A DNA stretch of 64,000 nt from Acanthaster planci. Lineage: Eukaryota. Each line of letters starts with the position of its first letter. The stretch's first letter is position 1. The stretch is taken from contig NW_019091361.1 in assembly GCF_001949145.1 (NCBI RefSeq), forward strand, positions 2,465,825-2,529,824, read 5' to 3'. Positions 39,501-52,681 of this stretch are shown here, piece by piece. Under the pieces are notes generated by a model that was not told the DNA's origin, did not search any database, and saw only the letters and a program-made list of their open reading frames with translations. The position numbers and the translations under genes were made by a program.

Positions 39501-42500
39501 CCAATTTTTAGCTAAATACAGTTTTCGCAGCCACTTTATATTTAAATGCATTGCTAAATACCATTCTTTTATCACCAAATGCTCAGGATCGAGGCCAAAG
39601 TTTGTGGTATTTGCCTTTGGGTGACACACCCCTGAAAGTAACCCCTGTCCACTGCTAAGCCTGGCACCTTGGGCTAGAGCCCTGATCGTTGGCAGTCCTT
39701 CAAATTTAACCCAGCAGAAGTTTGGAGGACTGAGGTTGCATGCTAGTCACATATTGTTTCTGTAAACATGCAGGTGTACATATATGTATACATGTACATG
39801 CAAGGGTGAAGTTAGTTGCTGTAGGAATGAACTGTCAAGGTTTAATAATGTTATTTTATTTCCTCTTTATACTAGGTGATCCATTCAGTCCTTTAAATAG
39901 AACTGATTTCCCACGGGTCCCAGTCTGAATAATAAAACAATAACAACTAGCTTCGACATGTAGAAATACTGAAATCAGAGTTGATATAATTGCACTTATT
40001 TCTTTGAAAATAAGAAATGGACCTTATTCGAAGATAGCAGAACATAAAAATAATATTTTGATTTAGCATTCAAAACTAAGCATAAAAGGTTAATAGTAAT
40101 GTGCTTTACGTTCCCTCGGAATTTGTGTGGGCCTGGCACATGTACATGCACATGTACTCAGTCTCAGAGGAAGTATTAAGCATCTTCAGCAAAGACATTA
40201 TAGCACCGCATAGCAGTGCAAGATGGAGAACCCTGCCAAAAAGAATGGGCACCATTCGAGTGTGAATGTTAATGCAGCGCATAGGCGCTAGCGCAGGCAT
40301 ACCAGGTGTGTGTGCCTGTCACAGCACCTGCGCCGTGTGATTAACACACGCAGTACAGACGTAGTCCAACCCAAATGGCGCCCATGTGATTACAATGTGT
40401 TACGCGTATTGGGGGTGAAGTTCTCCATCTTGTGCTGCTATGGGGCATTATACAATCTTTGATCTTCAGTACCAGGTCAGAGTATTGTACATGTACGTGT
40501 ACTCAGAACTGCAGTTGATGCTGTGTTTCATTATTTTCTTTTACAATCCAGAAATTTTACAATCCAATCCATTTGTGAACTGTTGTTGGTTAACCCTAAA
40601 CTGCTCGGGATCATTATGTTGTGTTATCTTGTTCGAGTCGGCATGGTAAGGGGTAATAACACACAGTGCTTACCATAAACACTCCCGTTTGAAGTAAAAT
40701 TATTTTGAAATTTTGATGTGCACTTAAAAATTGCAGAACTTACCCTTTGCAAATATCTTGGAAACGGTCTGTGCAAAAGCATTCCTAAGAGTAATAATAA
40801 CAAGGGGAAAAGGGTACACAATTTTAAGGTTCACATGTTGGTGTCTGGAAGCTCAAATATGGCAGCAGCTCAGAATGACTTTCTGAATGGATTTTAAGCT
40901 GATATATGTGTATTAGCTCTCAATGGCTACATGTAAGTAGAAATATATGAAAAAATAATTATCATTTCTAGATATTAAAACTTCTTTGTCCAGAGCCACT
41001 AGTCTTTGAATTGATGAGATTGTAAACATTGATTAAAACCCTCCTTTGGGTTTACAGTGCACAACACAACACAGCTGTGCTTCTTTGAGGTGTTTACCAA
41101 GTGACCCAAAGAGTGACTTCAGCAAAGGAGGGTTAACACTGTGTTTGGCTGTTGTGTGTTGTTTATAAACCTGGGTATGAGACATTTGCCAAATTGCCAG
41201 TGCTAACATTGATTTCATGAGTAATCTGTAGCACCTTAGAAACAGTTTGGAAAGCGTGTGGCATTCTGATGAGAATAACATCTCTTTGGAAGTTGAACAA
41301 GTTTTCGAATGTGGACTTTTTTTGCACAGTCTCTCACGAAGCTATTATTCCCCACACAAGGCCAGCATGAACTTAGCCATTTATCCAGCAAGGGTTCCTT
41401 GTAAGGTTAAAATGGATCAGTCATGCTGGTGAAAAAGGGAAATGTGATGAAAAATAGGCCTACTTCATCAACGTGGTTGAATTTATCAGTATTGCTTGCA
41501 TTTACTCATCAAATGGGCCCTCAAGACATGACAGAGAAGATATTCCTGCAACTCAAAAGTAAACTTCCAAAATCATTGGCTTGGATAATACATGTCCAAA
41601 GTATATCAAATGAGGGGCTACGTATGAGGATAAGGAATAACTGAGATGAAGCAATGCAAAAGGAATGAGGATTATATTAAAAAACTGGAGTCAACAGATG
41701 CAGTGCAGTTGCTGGCTATAAGGTTACAAAGTAGGGGTTCACTGGAAATGACGCAATATTCCGCACTATATGTACATTAGCTATGGACAAGGACGAGTTA
41801 AGTGATTCAGTGTTCAGAAAGCAGCAACAAATAATTCATGCATTTTATTGCATAAATAAAGTGCTTACATCACAAAACTCAAATTAGTAACCAGGTTTCT
41901 AAAGATGGGGATTGTATATTTGGGGACTCCCCAATTTTGTCATTTTAATCTTGTCATAACTGGTCAGCCCCCAAGAAAAACCAAAGGCAATGCTCTGTTT
42001 ATTGTGCTGACCTTATTTTTGGAAATTTTGAATTGTAAATTGTGAGAAAATGTGACTCTTACTGATAAACTAGTCATGTAAATTTGAATCCACCATGTGT
42101 CATGTGTTAAAACACTCATTTGCCCCTTATAATTTCCCTCAAAACTCAAAACCCTGCCCTTTTTTGACAATACCAACCCTACAGTTATTAAGCAAGATAT
42201 AATAGTCATCTACCAAGGTGAATCCAAAAGTTAAAATGTGGGTCTCCCTTCTATCATAGGAAAGGGGTCCCCAAATATATAGTGTACAATCCTTCTGAAG
42301 ATGATATTCAGTAATCAGACTTTATTTTCAACCGTTTTTAATGTGAAATTTGGAGCCACTTAGTTACAAAACAATAAAACGGGAAAAGAATTCCACATGT
42401 GGACACCACTAATTTTTCCCTGCTGTGACCTATTTTAGGCTAGTATTAACCACTTGCTGCCGGGTGGTTTGAAAATGCAGTGCGCATAATCAGGACTTTT

Positions 42501-44060
42501 TCAAAATTTTCAGTTTTCAAAATTCTTCAAAATTCATGATTTCAATTAATGGACGTTTACACTCACATGAATTACTGTCTGGTGGCCAATCTAGTCAAAA
42601 TCTATTGACACCCAAGTATTTCAGCCAGGCCTGCAGCCTTGTAAAAGGAGCCCAGATTGTGCAGTGTTATGTAACTTTCTTTTGTTTATGAACCTGACCT
42701 CTTTTCAACATGGGCCAGATTAGCGTGTAGCGGTGTTGTGTGGCTCATCACTGTGGTGGTGGAGTGCTTTTATCCCCGGCGGTAATCCACTAAATGCCCG
42801 AAACCGTGGTATACTGTTTCAAAACAAGGCTGGATTTTCTCCACTATTGAGAGTGAAAAAATGTTGATAATGCCCAGCAGCCTGGTCTTTTGTTCAGAGA
42901 ACGGTCTTTTGTTACATGGCCCAGTTCCCTTTGTCCGATTTCGGAGACCCTGGCCACGCGTATAAACACACGATGCCCAAGACCGGGCTCTCCGGCAGGA
43001 AGTGGTTATCCATCTGAAAGCTATAAAAGTCCCTAAAAGTCAATTAAGCCGTGAAAATGTTGAGTTATTCACTTAGAAAACACTCAGAATTTTTCACAAC
43101 TGTTTCATAAGGTCTGTGCAGAGGGTGTCAAGTGGCATCCATCACATCCGTATTCTTTCCGCTGATGCTCAAGTCATGAAATTGAAAGTGGCACGGCCGA
43201 GTTTCAATAATAGCTAGATTCATGGACCCAGACATTGGTGGCGCTATTCCTGATATCCTATTTTCTAATCTTTGTGTGACCATAGATTTTGACCTTGATT
43301 AATACCAAAGGGGTACTTGTATGAAGAATGAAAATGTAATTTGTGGAATCTACTGACTTTTACTGATTCTAAAAAATTTGAATCCACAGTAAAACTTATG
43401 CTAAAAATGTGTATTCGACCTACAAAATAACATAGCGACATTCAGAGAAATCCCGGTTTCAGACAAGTATGACTGAATATTCTTACATCATGTACATGTA
43501 CCTTGATTTTATTTGTCCAACTTACCTGTAGTACATGTTTGATTAGATTTGCATTAAAGAAGAAAACTTAAACATGTGGTGCTTTTTATTACTAACTACC
43601 TTGCATATGATCATCATCAATGCAACTTAAGTTACAATCTGACAATGGGGGGGGGCACTGGCTTGGGACTTAGGAGAAATTCTGGTTCACTCCCCTTCCC
43701 ACAAATTCCAGTTCCACGTTGTATATGAGATACAGATATCTTAAATTGTATGTTATTTTTCAATATATATCTTATAAACTGTCTAGCTAAAACTAGGTCG
43801 TCAGTATTTACATGTAACTTATTACACATATCAAAACGAAGGCCGTGGGCAAACCAAGACAACGGCAACACCGTGGTGCATCGATCATGATCGAGGCGTG
43901 ACTCCGTTGCCTTTTACAGGGTGGGGCAACTGGCTGCAGAGCATTTTGCAAAATTGTCCATATTCCAATAAAACTGAAAAGAACAACTGACTGTTAAATC
44001 AACGAAAAACTTGCGAAATGACTCACCACGGCATTTTGAGAGCACACTGGGCGCCGCCAT
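33556..44060 (-). CDS. DAP3: Mitochondrial small-subunit ribosomal protein mS29 / death-associated protein 3
   Basis: Exons (minus): 44027-44060 (MAAPSVLSKCR), 39194-~39305 (5' edge uncertain), 38511-38612, 37691-37892, 36890-37023, 36508-36588, 35593-35754, 34734-34793, 34374-34463, 34009-34123, 33556-33641. P-loop RYVLYGTRGSGKT, EAAIMVRQPA, YDQP..SEWLKHF, YVWSRRETTEKG, NASDAIGVILKEL, EGFEAMDPFVPV..YTDKEFESC. About 390 aa. Confidence 0.94.
41915..42279. mobile_element. MITE (about 365 bp) in a DAP3 intron
   Basis: Inverted termini tatatttggggactccc ... ggggtccccaaatata. Confidence 0.6.
43076..43160. mobile_element. Truncated copy of the promoter-proximal MITE in DAP3 intron 1
   Basis: gaaaacactcagaattt ... 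gtgcagagggtgtcaagtggcatcc ... ttctttcc; one TIR only. Confidence 0.55.
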
Positions 44061-44263
44061 CTTGTTGATTGCAAGGTACTACGATGAATTATGGGATATC
44101 ACGGTCTGTAACCTTGACGCTTAGATGAACAATATAAGAGAGCCGATTCCAGGGTACCATGTATCAAACGTATTGTTTACCACTTTTACGAGGGATTCGA
44201 CACGTCAATTTGTGTTTTGTCTGTTTTTTGTACTTAGATTTCAATAAGGATCAGCAAAATATT
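44050..44263. promoter_or_regulatory. Compact bidirectional promoter DAP3 / ASH1L-like gene, with a candidate non-coding first exon of the plus-strand gene
   Basis: YY1-type motif AAGATGGCGGC overlaps the DAP3 ATG (minus). A ZNF143/Staf-like TCCCATAATTCA lies on the minus strand at about 44085-44096. A plus-strand donor ATT|GTAAGT lies at 44263/44264, about 200 nt from the DAP3 start. Confidence 0.55.
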
Positions 44264-44278
44264 GTAAGTATGTCGATG

Positions 44279-44546
44279 GGAAAGAGTTCCATATTCAGAC
44301 GCCAGTAATTATTTCCTACAGTGACTTGTTAGCCGTCACTATGCCCAGACATGCCAGAAAAGAATAGGCATGATCGAATCGTAGGGAGGGATAAAACACT
44401 TGACTTAGCCCAGGCATGCCAGGGCAAATGTTTTGGTTTTAGGCCCTAGGCCTCCTATCCTAGGCTACATGATCCGACCAGTCTCATAGCCTAGGTTTCT
44501 TTACAGGGTGTCAGTGGCATCCGTAGGCCTGTATGGAACTCTTTCC
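44279..44546. mobile_element. Promoter-proximal MITE family copy in the first intron of the ASH1L-like gene
   Basis: Perfect 15-bp TIR ggaaagagttccata ... tatggaactctttcc. The subterminal cagggtgtcagtggcatcc is shared with the other copies. Confidence 0.75.
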
Positions 44547-44700
44547 AAAGCTGGAATTGTTGATAAACGATATGCAATTTCTGTCATTTCTAATTAATTG
44601 CCTGATAATCTGTTTTTTTATTCATGGTATTACTGAAGTAATAGTCATGCTAGTAGAGTCTAAGTAACGCCAACATGATAATTGCCCTCAACACAATGTC

Positions 44701-46132
44701 CAGGCCTCGAATTTTGTTGTTTTGGGGGCAGGGCCAAATGGCCTTAATGAATGGGTTGGTCAAAATAAGGGGCACTGAAGCCAATTTGAAAATTTACTTA
44801 TTCATTCAAATTACTGGAGCAGGTAGAGTGTAGTACCCCCTTGCATTCACTTATGTACATGTATTCATTGGGAATGACTTGCTGATTACGGCAATGAGGT
44901 TCTTGTCTTACCCATATACACCACAAAAATGTTACTGGGTCAGTATTTTAATGCAAGTACTTTTACAGTGGGATATGCTTTATTTAATTATGTTTGCAAA
45001 GTAAAGCATGTAAATGTTAAATTAAAAGCTGCAAATTAGAAATTAGATATTAAACATTGTGCCCATGAACCAAGTTTTGTACAAAGTTTGAAGGCAGCAG
45101 TGAACTATAAATATTCTAATTACCGATGATTTTTTAATAAATAACTACATGTACATTGAATTTCTGCCTCGACCGACAGACCGTATTTTGGACAGATCCA
45201 GGGTTTATCCTTTCACAAACACTTCAGGTCAAAAGCTATGAAGAGGTTTAGTCATGACCATGGTCGTAACAATTAAGGCAAAAAAAAATAGTTCTGCTTC
45301 TGATTACATGCCTCTTAAAAATCGGGTCCGTACTACATAGGTCAACATTTTTTTGTGAGGGGGTCAGGTTTTTGTTCTGGTTGAATGACATGAATGGGGA
45401 CAAAAGCTTCCAAAAATCATTTCAAAAAATGATGGAAACCTGTCTTAATTTATGTACAAATTTCTATAGTCGATAATTCACAAGAATTATGGACAATTCA
45501 CACAATGCTAGGAAGGTAATCACAACGGCAAACTGGTGTTATGCATCCAGACGTGTTGGTGATGAACCTCATGCCACGCCATAAATTTTGTTGAAACATG
45601 CTTGCTTCAAGTACGAGCAAAACAACCTCAAATTGAACTTGTGACCACAGAAAATACATGCAAAGACAAGAGACCAAGTTTTATGAATTAACTTGCAGAA
45701 ATCCTCTCTCAGTATCAATGTTTTTTCAACCTGTACAGTCGATTGACCAGGTTGTTTAGACTGGTTGGCCACATTTCCATCATGTGTTGTTTTGCATGGG
45801 TGCGGTGCAGCTGGAAGAAGTGCAGCATTGCTTTAGTGCATTGAGATTTGCACACCTGTCTTCACCACTGCGACAACAAATTGCGAAGAGAACTCGTGAA
45901 AATAATGGAAGTTTCTTTTCAAATATTGCAAATGTACATGTAAGTAGGAAAACACAAAAACGATGAGCAGCGGAACCTTGATCTGTGTTTCAGGTCAGTC
46001 CTAAGAGCGACACACAATGTTTTCCAAGAGGGCATCCACGGCCATGGCAGAAAAGGGGCAGGCCATTTTGGCCCCATTTAATGTGGAAATACTTAAGGCA
46101 TCGAGACCAACCCTCGTGAAATTTGAGCCCTG
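44701..46132. mobile_element. Non-autonomous hAT-like DNA element (1432 bp) with 6-bp TSD
   Basis: TIRs caggcctcgaattt / cagggctcaaattt (2 mismatches), direct flank AATGTC on both sides, and subterminal ggggca motifs at both ends. No ORF. Confidence 0.7.
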
Positions 46133-48663
46133 AATGTCAACACACTGCTAACACCTCTAAAACACTTTCTAAATTAAAAGAAGCCATATGCAATCGTAAA
46201 CATGCTAAAGTATTTGCCAAAACAACATTTGGGCCAGGGGAGCAACGCATACCATACCATTATGCTTAAGAAATGATAACATCGTCCAATGAACCTACAT
46301 GTACCGTATGCAAAGGCAGTCATGTGTGAATCCAGTAGGATCGGGGCTTAACAGGAACTTCATATAAATTGAGTTGAGTTGCCATGCGTGCTACATGTAC
46401 ATGTATGGTATTAAATTAGGGCCAGTAGGGAATTTTCCGGAGTTGTTTTCCCCCAAAGTGTATATTTAGCTGGCGCCGCCAAAAACCATCTTAATGATAT
46501 TTGTCCACCAAAACATGTACTGCACAATGGGGCATGTGCACCTGTTGTGCCAGTGCAATTTAAGCAAACACATCAGGGTCAGTTCACAGTCTAGTATCCA
46601 CTGCCTACAATTTAAAAGTTTACTACGCACATTCAGTGAAAAAAGAGACCAGCAACAGTTTTTTGATATGTACGTGTACCGGTACATTACATGTACTTTC
46701 TTTTTTTCTCGTACTTTTTTAAACACAGGACAAGAATCAACTGCTTGGGCCAAGCGTTAATATTCAGTGGGAGTGAATTTGGGTGAGGGGGCAAGCTAGC
46801 CTGCCATTTGAGCTAGGCAAGCAGTCCAGCAAATTTTCCTCGTTTTACTGGCATTGGTGGCTTGTGTAATTTATCACATAGTTCTGGTTTCAAACTTCGC
46901 AACCTACATGTATGGCCAGCCCATTGCCCAGTGACCCACATACATGTACATGTTGTCACAAGTCTAAATCACATTGTTCCTGTTTCAATTTAACCAGGTA
47001 TAACTTTACTGTAACCATCCACAGCCCCTCAAAGTCGCAATCTGATATGCAGCAATTCTTTGAAAGTGATCTTGGAAATGAAATGAAACCTCTCTTTTCC
47101 ATTTTGCTAGAAAATGCTTCAATTGATTTGATTGGCCATTCAGAATTAACACATCAATTAATCACAGCCAACTCCAATTCCTCCATTTTGAAAGAATTCC
47201 ACATTTGACCATTGCTGCATTATACTTGTAGTTCTGATGGACGTGAACTCCCCTTATTTATGATACTTTTGTTCTTGATGTACATGTATGTACTACATGT
47301 ACATGTACATGTAGTATAGCGCATGTACATGTGTAATTTGTGCAGCCCATGTACCCATGAGACATTGTATGCATACATGGATATGTACAGGTACTGTACA
47401 TGTACATGTATGTGTGTTACGTGTGTAGTCAGCGTTACATGAAAAATTCTTCGAAAATCCTAAGTGTTTCCTGTATGATACAGAGCAGTGTGGGTGGTAG
47501 TGGGCAGTGGCAGTATTTCAAAAGTGTCTATTTCTTATCGGAGGGGGGAGATGTGCGGATGAATATTTTATGAGCATGAATTATGAATTTGTCATTTTCA
47601 CGCCATGTGTCTGAATGGGGTTTTGAGGAAAACAAACCCCGGTAATTTATTCAAGTTGCAGCAATAATGTGAAAAATATGGGAATGGACGTTCTTTGGAA
47701 AAATACATGTATGCAAAATCGCTCTTGATCGAGAGGTTGCTGTGCATTTAAACCATACACCTGTACATGTATTTTTAATTGTACCAATATTGTATGATAC
47801 ATGTGCATGAATTTGAAAGTGTTGTTGACATTTGCTATTGGTGTATATCGTGCTTGAGGAAAAGCTACATACCAAAAAGCATGTTATTTACATGTACATG
47901 TATCGAAATAAAATTCAAAAGCATGTTTGACAGATATCGTACATACCTGTTCGGGAACATGTACGCTGTACGGACATACACGTACATTGTACATGTAGGT
48001 GTGTATACATAGGCGTACTGTCTACATGTGTGAACCTTAAAACTACATGGATTTTTCAAAGTGCTACCTGATGCATCAGATGGGTTGTAAATTTTGTTGG
48101 TTTTTTCGTTTGGTTTGGTTTGTTTTGTACCTGTCATTTTATTGGAAAACTTTGTTCATTCAATGCAGGTACATGTACAAGTAGGTGCAGGGGGGCAATT
48201 TACAATGGACTGCTTGAAAACAGGTTGAATCATGGCTTGGGGTCATTCTTGTAGCAGTTGATGGATGAATAATGCAATCTACCCAGGTCTGTGGTTTGGC
48301 TATCCCTGCCACTTTCTGCTGTGCGGGTGATTCATCCTGCCAATGTACAAATACAGGGGTACAGTGCAACTGGAAACCTGATCATTTCCCCTCTATTTGT
48401 AAATTTCTCTCACTAGAGATTTGTCTCTACCTTGGTGGCATTGTTGAAAGACCGTGGACTGCCGCTTTGCCTTGGAGGTTTTCCTGGATGGGGAATTGTG
48501 TGAGGACATAACGGTGTTGGCTCGATGACAGCAGACCCGCCAAAGGCAGTGGACACTGCACAATAGGTTGTTCATTGCGTTTCAGGCACAAGCAGGGATG
48601 GATGACAATCAGTACTCGAGCCAGGTCACAGTGTTAGGCTGAGAGAAACAAACTGAGGAATGG

Positions 48664-48912
48664 ATGGAGTCTAATTTTGTGAACTGCAACCTGGACGGTA
48701 AAAGTACAGGTCCAGGCCTGATGGCTTCGGAGGATAAGGATCAGGCGAGCTTCCCGGAATTTCACGTGCACGCCACCAACTACACCAAGGGACAACTGAA
48801 GATGAAATTAAAAAGCAATAAGAAAGCGGGAATTATAGAGGTTCAGCACAAACCGGAGGAGGTCAGCTCGTCACCTGAGGTCCAGACTGAACAGGAGACT
48901 GAAGAAGGGCTG
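48664..48912 (+). CDS. ASH1L: First coding exon of a probable ASH1L histone H3K36 methyltransferase; rest of the gene lies beyond the window
   Basis: 83-codon ORF with acceptor ttgcgtttcag at 48585 and phase-0 donor CTG|GTATGT. FHVHATNYTKGQLKMKL aligns without gaps to the recalled vertebrate ASH1L N-terminal segment FSVKETNFSEGNLKLKI. The head-to-head position with DAP3 matches the recalled mouse Dap3/Ash1l arrangement. No SET domain is in the window to confirm. Confidence 0.72.
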
Positions 48913-51217
48913 GTATGTTGAGTTTCATTCTAATTAGATTAAGGATACCACTGAAATATCACAGAACTCTGGAAGTGTTGGGATGTTTTGCTTCTGCCTG
49001 TCTAATACTGGAAGCCACAGATTTTAATAGCCGATCCTTGCTCTATGATTTGACTGACCCACGTAGAAGTTGGGAGTGTATTAATTTTGCCATTTTGTAG
49101 CTTTTATCTCTGCAACAGCTGTTGAGTTCAACTTTCTAAACTGTTTTGTAGAATATCCCTCCTGTATGCCATATGCTAACTCAAGTTTTTAGCCTTGAAG
49201 CTCAATTCAGGGTCTCCCAGCTCTTTGGGAAGGGCAAACTTCATCCGAGCAATCTCCCTGGAGAGTGGAGAACATATGTATGTGGTTTACTTAGAGTCAC
49301 ATGCAACCACAGTGGGAAAACTCCTCAACTGTAGGCTGAAATAAACTGGGCTGTTCCGATCAGGCATGTTGAACCACTTGCCTTCCACCTGGTTGTACCG
49401 GAGGGAACAATCATTTGGGAGAACTGTTCCTGACAGAATGTGATCTCAGACTGCTTTAGAATTGGCTAAAATGTGAGCTTGATGGAAATTGAAAGTGAAA
49501 CCAAACCTGTACCGATTATATTTGATTTCAAAAGTGGCATGTGAATGGCTTCCATCGTGTTTTACAAACATACATGTACATGTACCGGTATACAGTGACA
49601 TCAAAACTGTGACAGGATACTTCACACTCCAACAGCGTATAAAATAAAACTTCATTTTGATACCTGGTCAACAAAATCTGGTTTTTAATTTAATAAAGTA
49701 TGTACACGTAGATTCAGGACTTCGATTTATTCATAATACGGGATCATTTTGGAAATATGTAAGGTTTTTCTTATAATTCATTCATATTTATTTTATAGCA
49801 CTTTCAATACACGACATGTACAGTGTACATGTATGCAACTTGTGTCAAATACATGTATGTTAGATGCATACACGTACAATGTATGTACATGTATGCCGAG
49901 TACATGGTATACTGTAATTATTTATGTCTACATGTACCGGTACATTGCATGATATTTGTACCTTCAATTCAACCACAAATTCTTAGTATTGATTTAATTT
50001 ACATTTAAAAAGCCATTGCATACATGTACCCAGTATATCCTCATTTTTCTGACTGTACATTTGTCCTCACAAGTGCACATGGAGAAGATATTTTTGCATA
50101 TATGTCCAAATCAATTGAGACATGATCTTTCATACTGGTGTTTACAACATACACTCTATATGTACAGTACATGTACGGATTTAAGATTTACAAATGAGAG
50201 CTTCAAAAATCCACAGTTTTTTTCCCCAAGATGGCCCGTGTTCTTGTCCTTGTTTTAAATCAGTTTGATTCAGAACACGATGTTCAGAGTCAGTCCCTGA
50301 AAGTGAAATCCCGCTCTGTGTAGAAACACATCTGCCATAGCCAAATGCCAACGTTAAATATATTCCCAGGTCAGAAGGTCACACTGTGCACGTTAGCATG
50401 CGTGGAGTAAACCTGGTCTTACAGGGGCTATTACATTGGTATGGGGCTGCAGGAAATGACTAGGGATCATCGTTCACCTACGGTGGTGCCTTATTTTTAT
50501 AGTATGTACAGCCTACACAGTGGGTCATGTGCACTGTACACTTACATGTATTTAAGGCTTTATGTACATTTGCATGTACATAAACATGTACATGTACCAG
50601 TACATGCACAAGTAACTAAGTGTACTGCATGTTGCATCTAGATACATGTACATACTGGTATTTGAGCCCAAATCTTTAATTTGGTTGTGGTCTGGATTTC
50701 AGGCTATGACTTACATACATACATGTACATGTACAGTACATACACGTACAACTATACGTTTTAGCATGCATGTACTGCAAAGTACCCTTGTAAATGTACA
50801 CTGTACATGTACATGTAGGTTTACATTATACATAGGCCCATGTAACCCCTGTGAGAATGAATTGGATGGTGAAATATTGTAAAATGCATTAATTATTTGT
50901 ACTGCGTAAATGCTTCTTCCCGGTAATAGTGACGATTGATCTTCCACCATGCACAAGTACATGTAAATGTACATGTACATGCACAGTACGTACATGGCAA
51001 ATCAGTGTTAGTTTTTGTTATGAACCTGCTTGTGTGCAAAATACCCGGTATGTAATGGATTCGATATTTGCATGTTTATCCAGGAACACTAATATCATGA
51101 GTGCACTTGTCAGGCAAGTTGATCAACAGAATTGGAAAGGCTTAATTGCCTCATAAATTTTACGATTAGTTTTCTTTTCTCGAAACGGGAACTGTACACT
51201 GGTCCCAATGATTATGC

Positions 51218-51295
51218 ACGGTGCACCTTTACAGGTAAGCAGGTACATGTAAATGAACGGTGCACCTTTACAGGTAAGCAGGTACTTGTAACTGA
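51218..51295. repeat. 39-bp tandem duplication
   Basis: acggtgcacctttacaggtaagcaggtac occurs twice, at 51218 and 51257. Confidence 0.85.
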
Positions 51296-52681
51296 TGTTA
51301 CCGGTACGGTACCGGTACATGTAACTTACTGTATTTGTTTTATTATGTAACAGCGCTAAATATTTCCCTCTGCCCCCCCCCAAATGCACACAACAGGAGA
51401 CTTTGAGGCGCTTGGTGAATGTACTGTAACTTATACAGGTCCTTTTTACCAGTTTTGGGCATGTGCACATTGCTCTGAGTAGGTGTTCATATGTGTACTG
51501 GTAGTTGTGAGCACACACATGAAAAAAGTTTGTTACATGTCTGCTGCCACCAGTGTCTGAAAGTCTCTCATTCGTGGGTTGATGCGGAATATCACGTCCC
51601 CCAAAAATGGCAAACATCACTGCATTGTTTAACATGCCCTGGATCTCCCTATTCAGAATACTCATGACCACCTTGAATCTGGGCTTGGATCACGACCCTT
51701 CCCTGGTCAGGCAGTAAGAATCAATATATGTACATGTATAACGGTATATCCCTGAATCGGGACAAGATGCTCCCGTGGCGCTACCCAAAGGGTGTGGGCA
51801 GTGACAGAGGGAACAGATGGCTGAGTGACAGCAAGGTACAACCCCCAAAATAATCAACGCCATCCCTTTGTTGGGCTCCCCTCGGCCACTTTGCGTCCCT
51901 TTTTACCAAATCCAATTAGGAGAGGTGCTGGTCTGGAGCATCGCAAAGGGCTCGCCAAAGGTGTGAGCGGAATAGAATCTCGGGGATGCAAGATGATCAA
52001 GCCGCGGCCTCCATGATCAAGCTGAGTGGCAGTATGGCCAGTCATGCTACCGGTACGAGGAGTTCCCTGATGTGACCATGGAGGAAGGAACACGTTCCTT
52101 CCTCCATGATGTGACATATCCAGGAGGGGGGGGGGAAATGTGGCCCAGACCATTTAACCTGATTGCTAGCTTCCATTTATCCCAGTCCTGCCTGTCAATT
52201 TGGTGTCAGCCACTCTTAGCTAATTAGATGGATTAAGATTCCAGCATGACCCATGTACTAAAGAAAAATCACTTTGTTTGGAGAGAAGTCAGGCATGCAC
52301 AATGTACTGGTGTGTTCATTTGTGTACATAGGTGATTTACTGACCAGTGTCTAGTGAAAAGGTTAAAGTGGATATACAGGTATTGGGTACATGTGTTATT
52401 AAATGTCATGGTGGTATCTTGCTCCATTTTTATCAGGAGCCAGGCTACATTTTTCTTCAGAGGATGTACAGAAGTCTACTACATATTTCATGATTTTTTT
52501 TAATTAAGAAATAAATGTATCAATTGACAAAGTGTCTCATTCTTTGCCTAATGCTTGAAGTTGAAGCAATTTGTAGACAAATTGTAACAGGTTTTTTTTA
52601 TGAAGGGGAGGTCACTCATATCATAGAGCAAGGAATTAATGCTCATACCAGCAGGAACCCAAGCTCATACACACAAATTTT

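Noticed and set aside
51123..51671. 182-aa minus-strand ORF
   Set aside because: Runs through a tandem duplication and a footprint chain; no recognisable domain.
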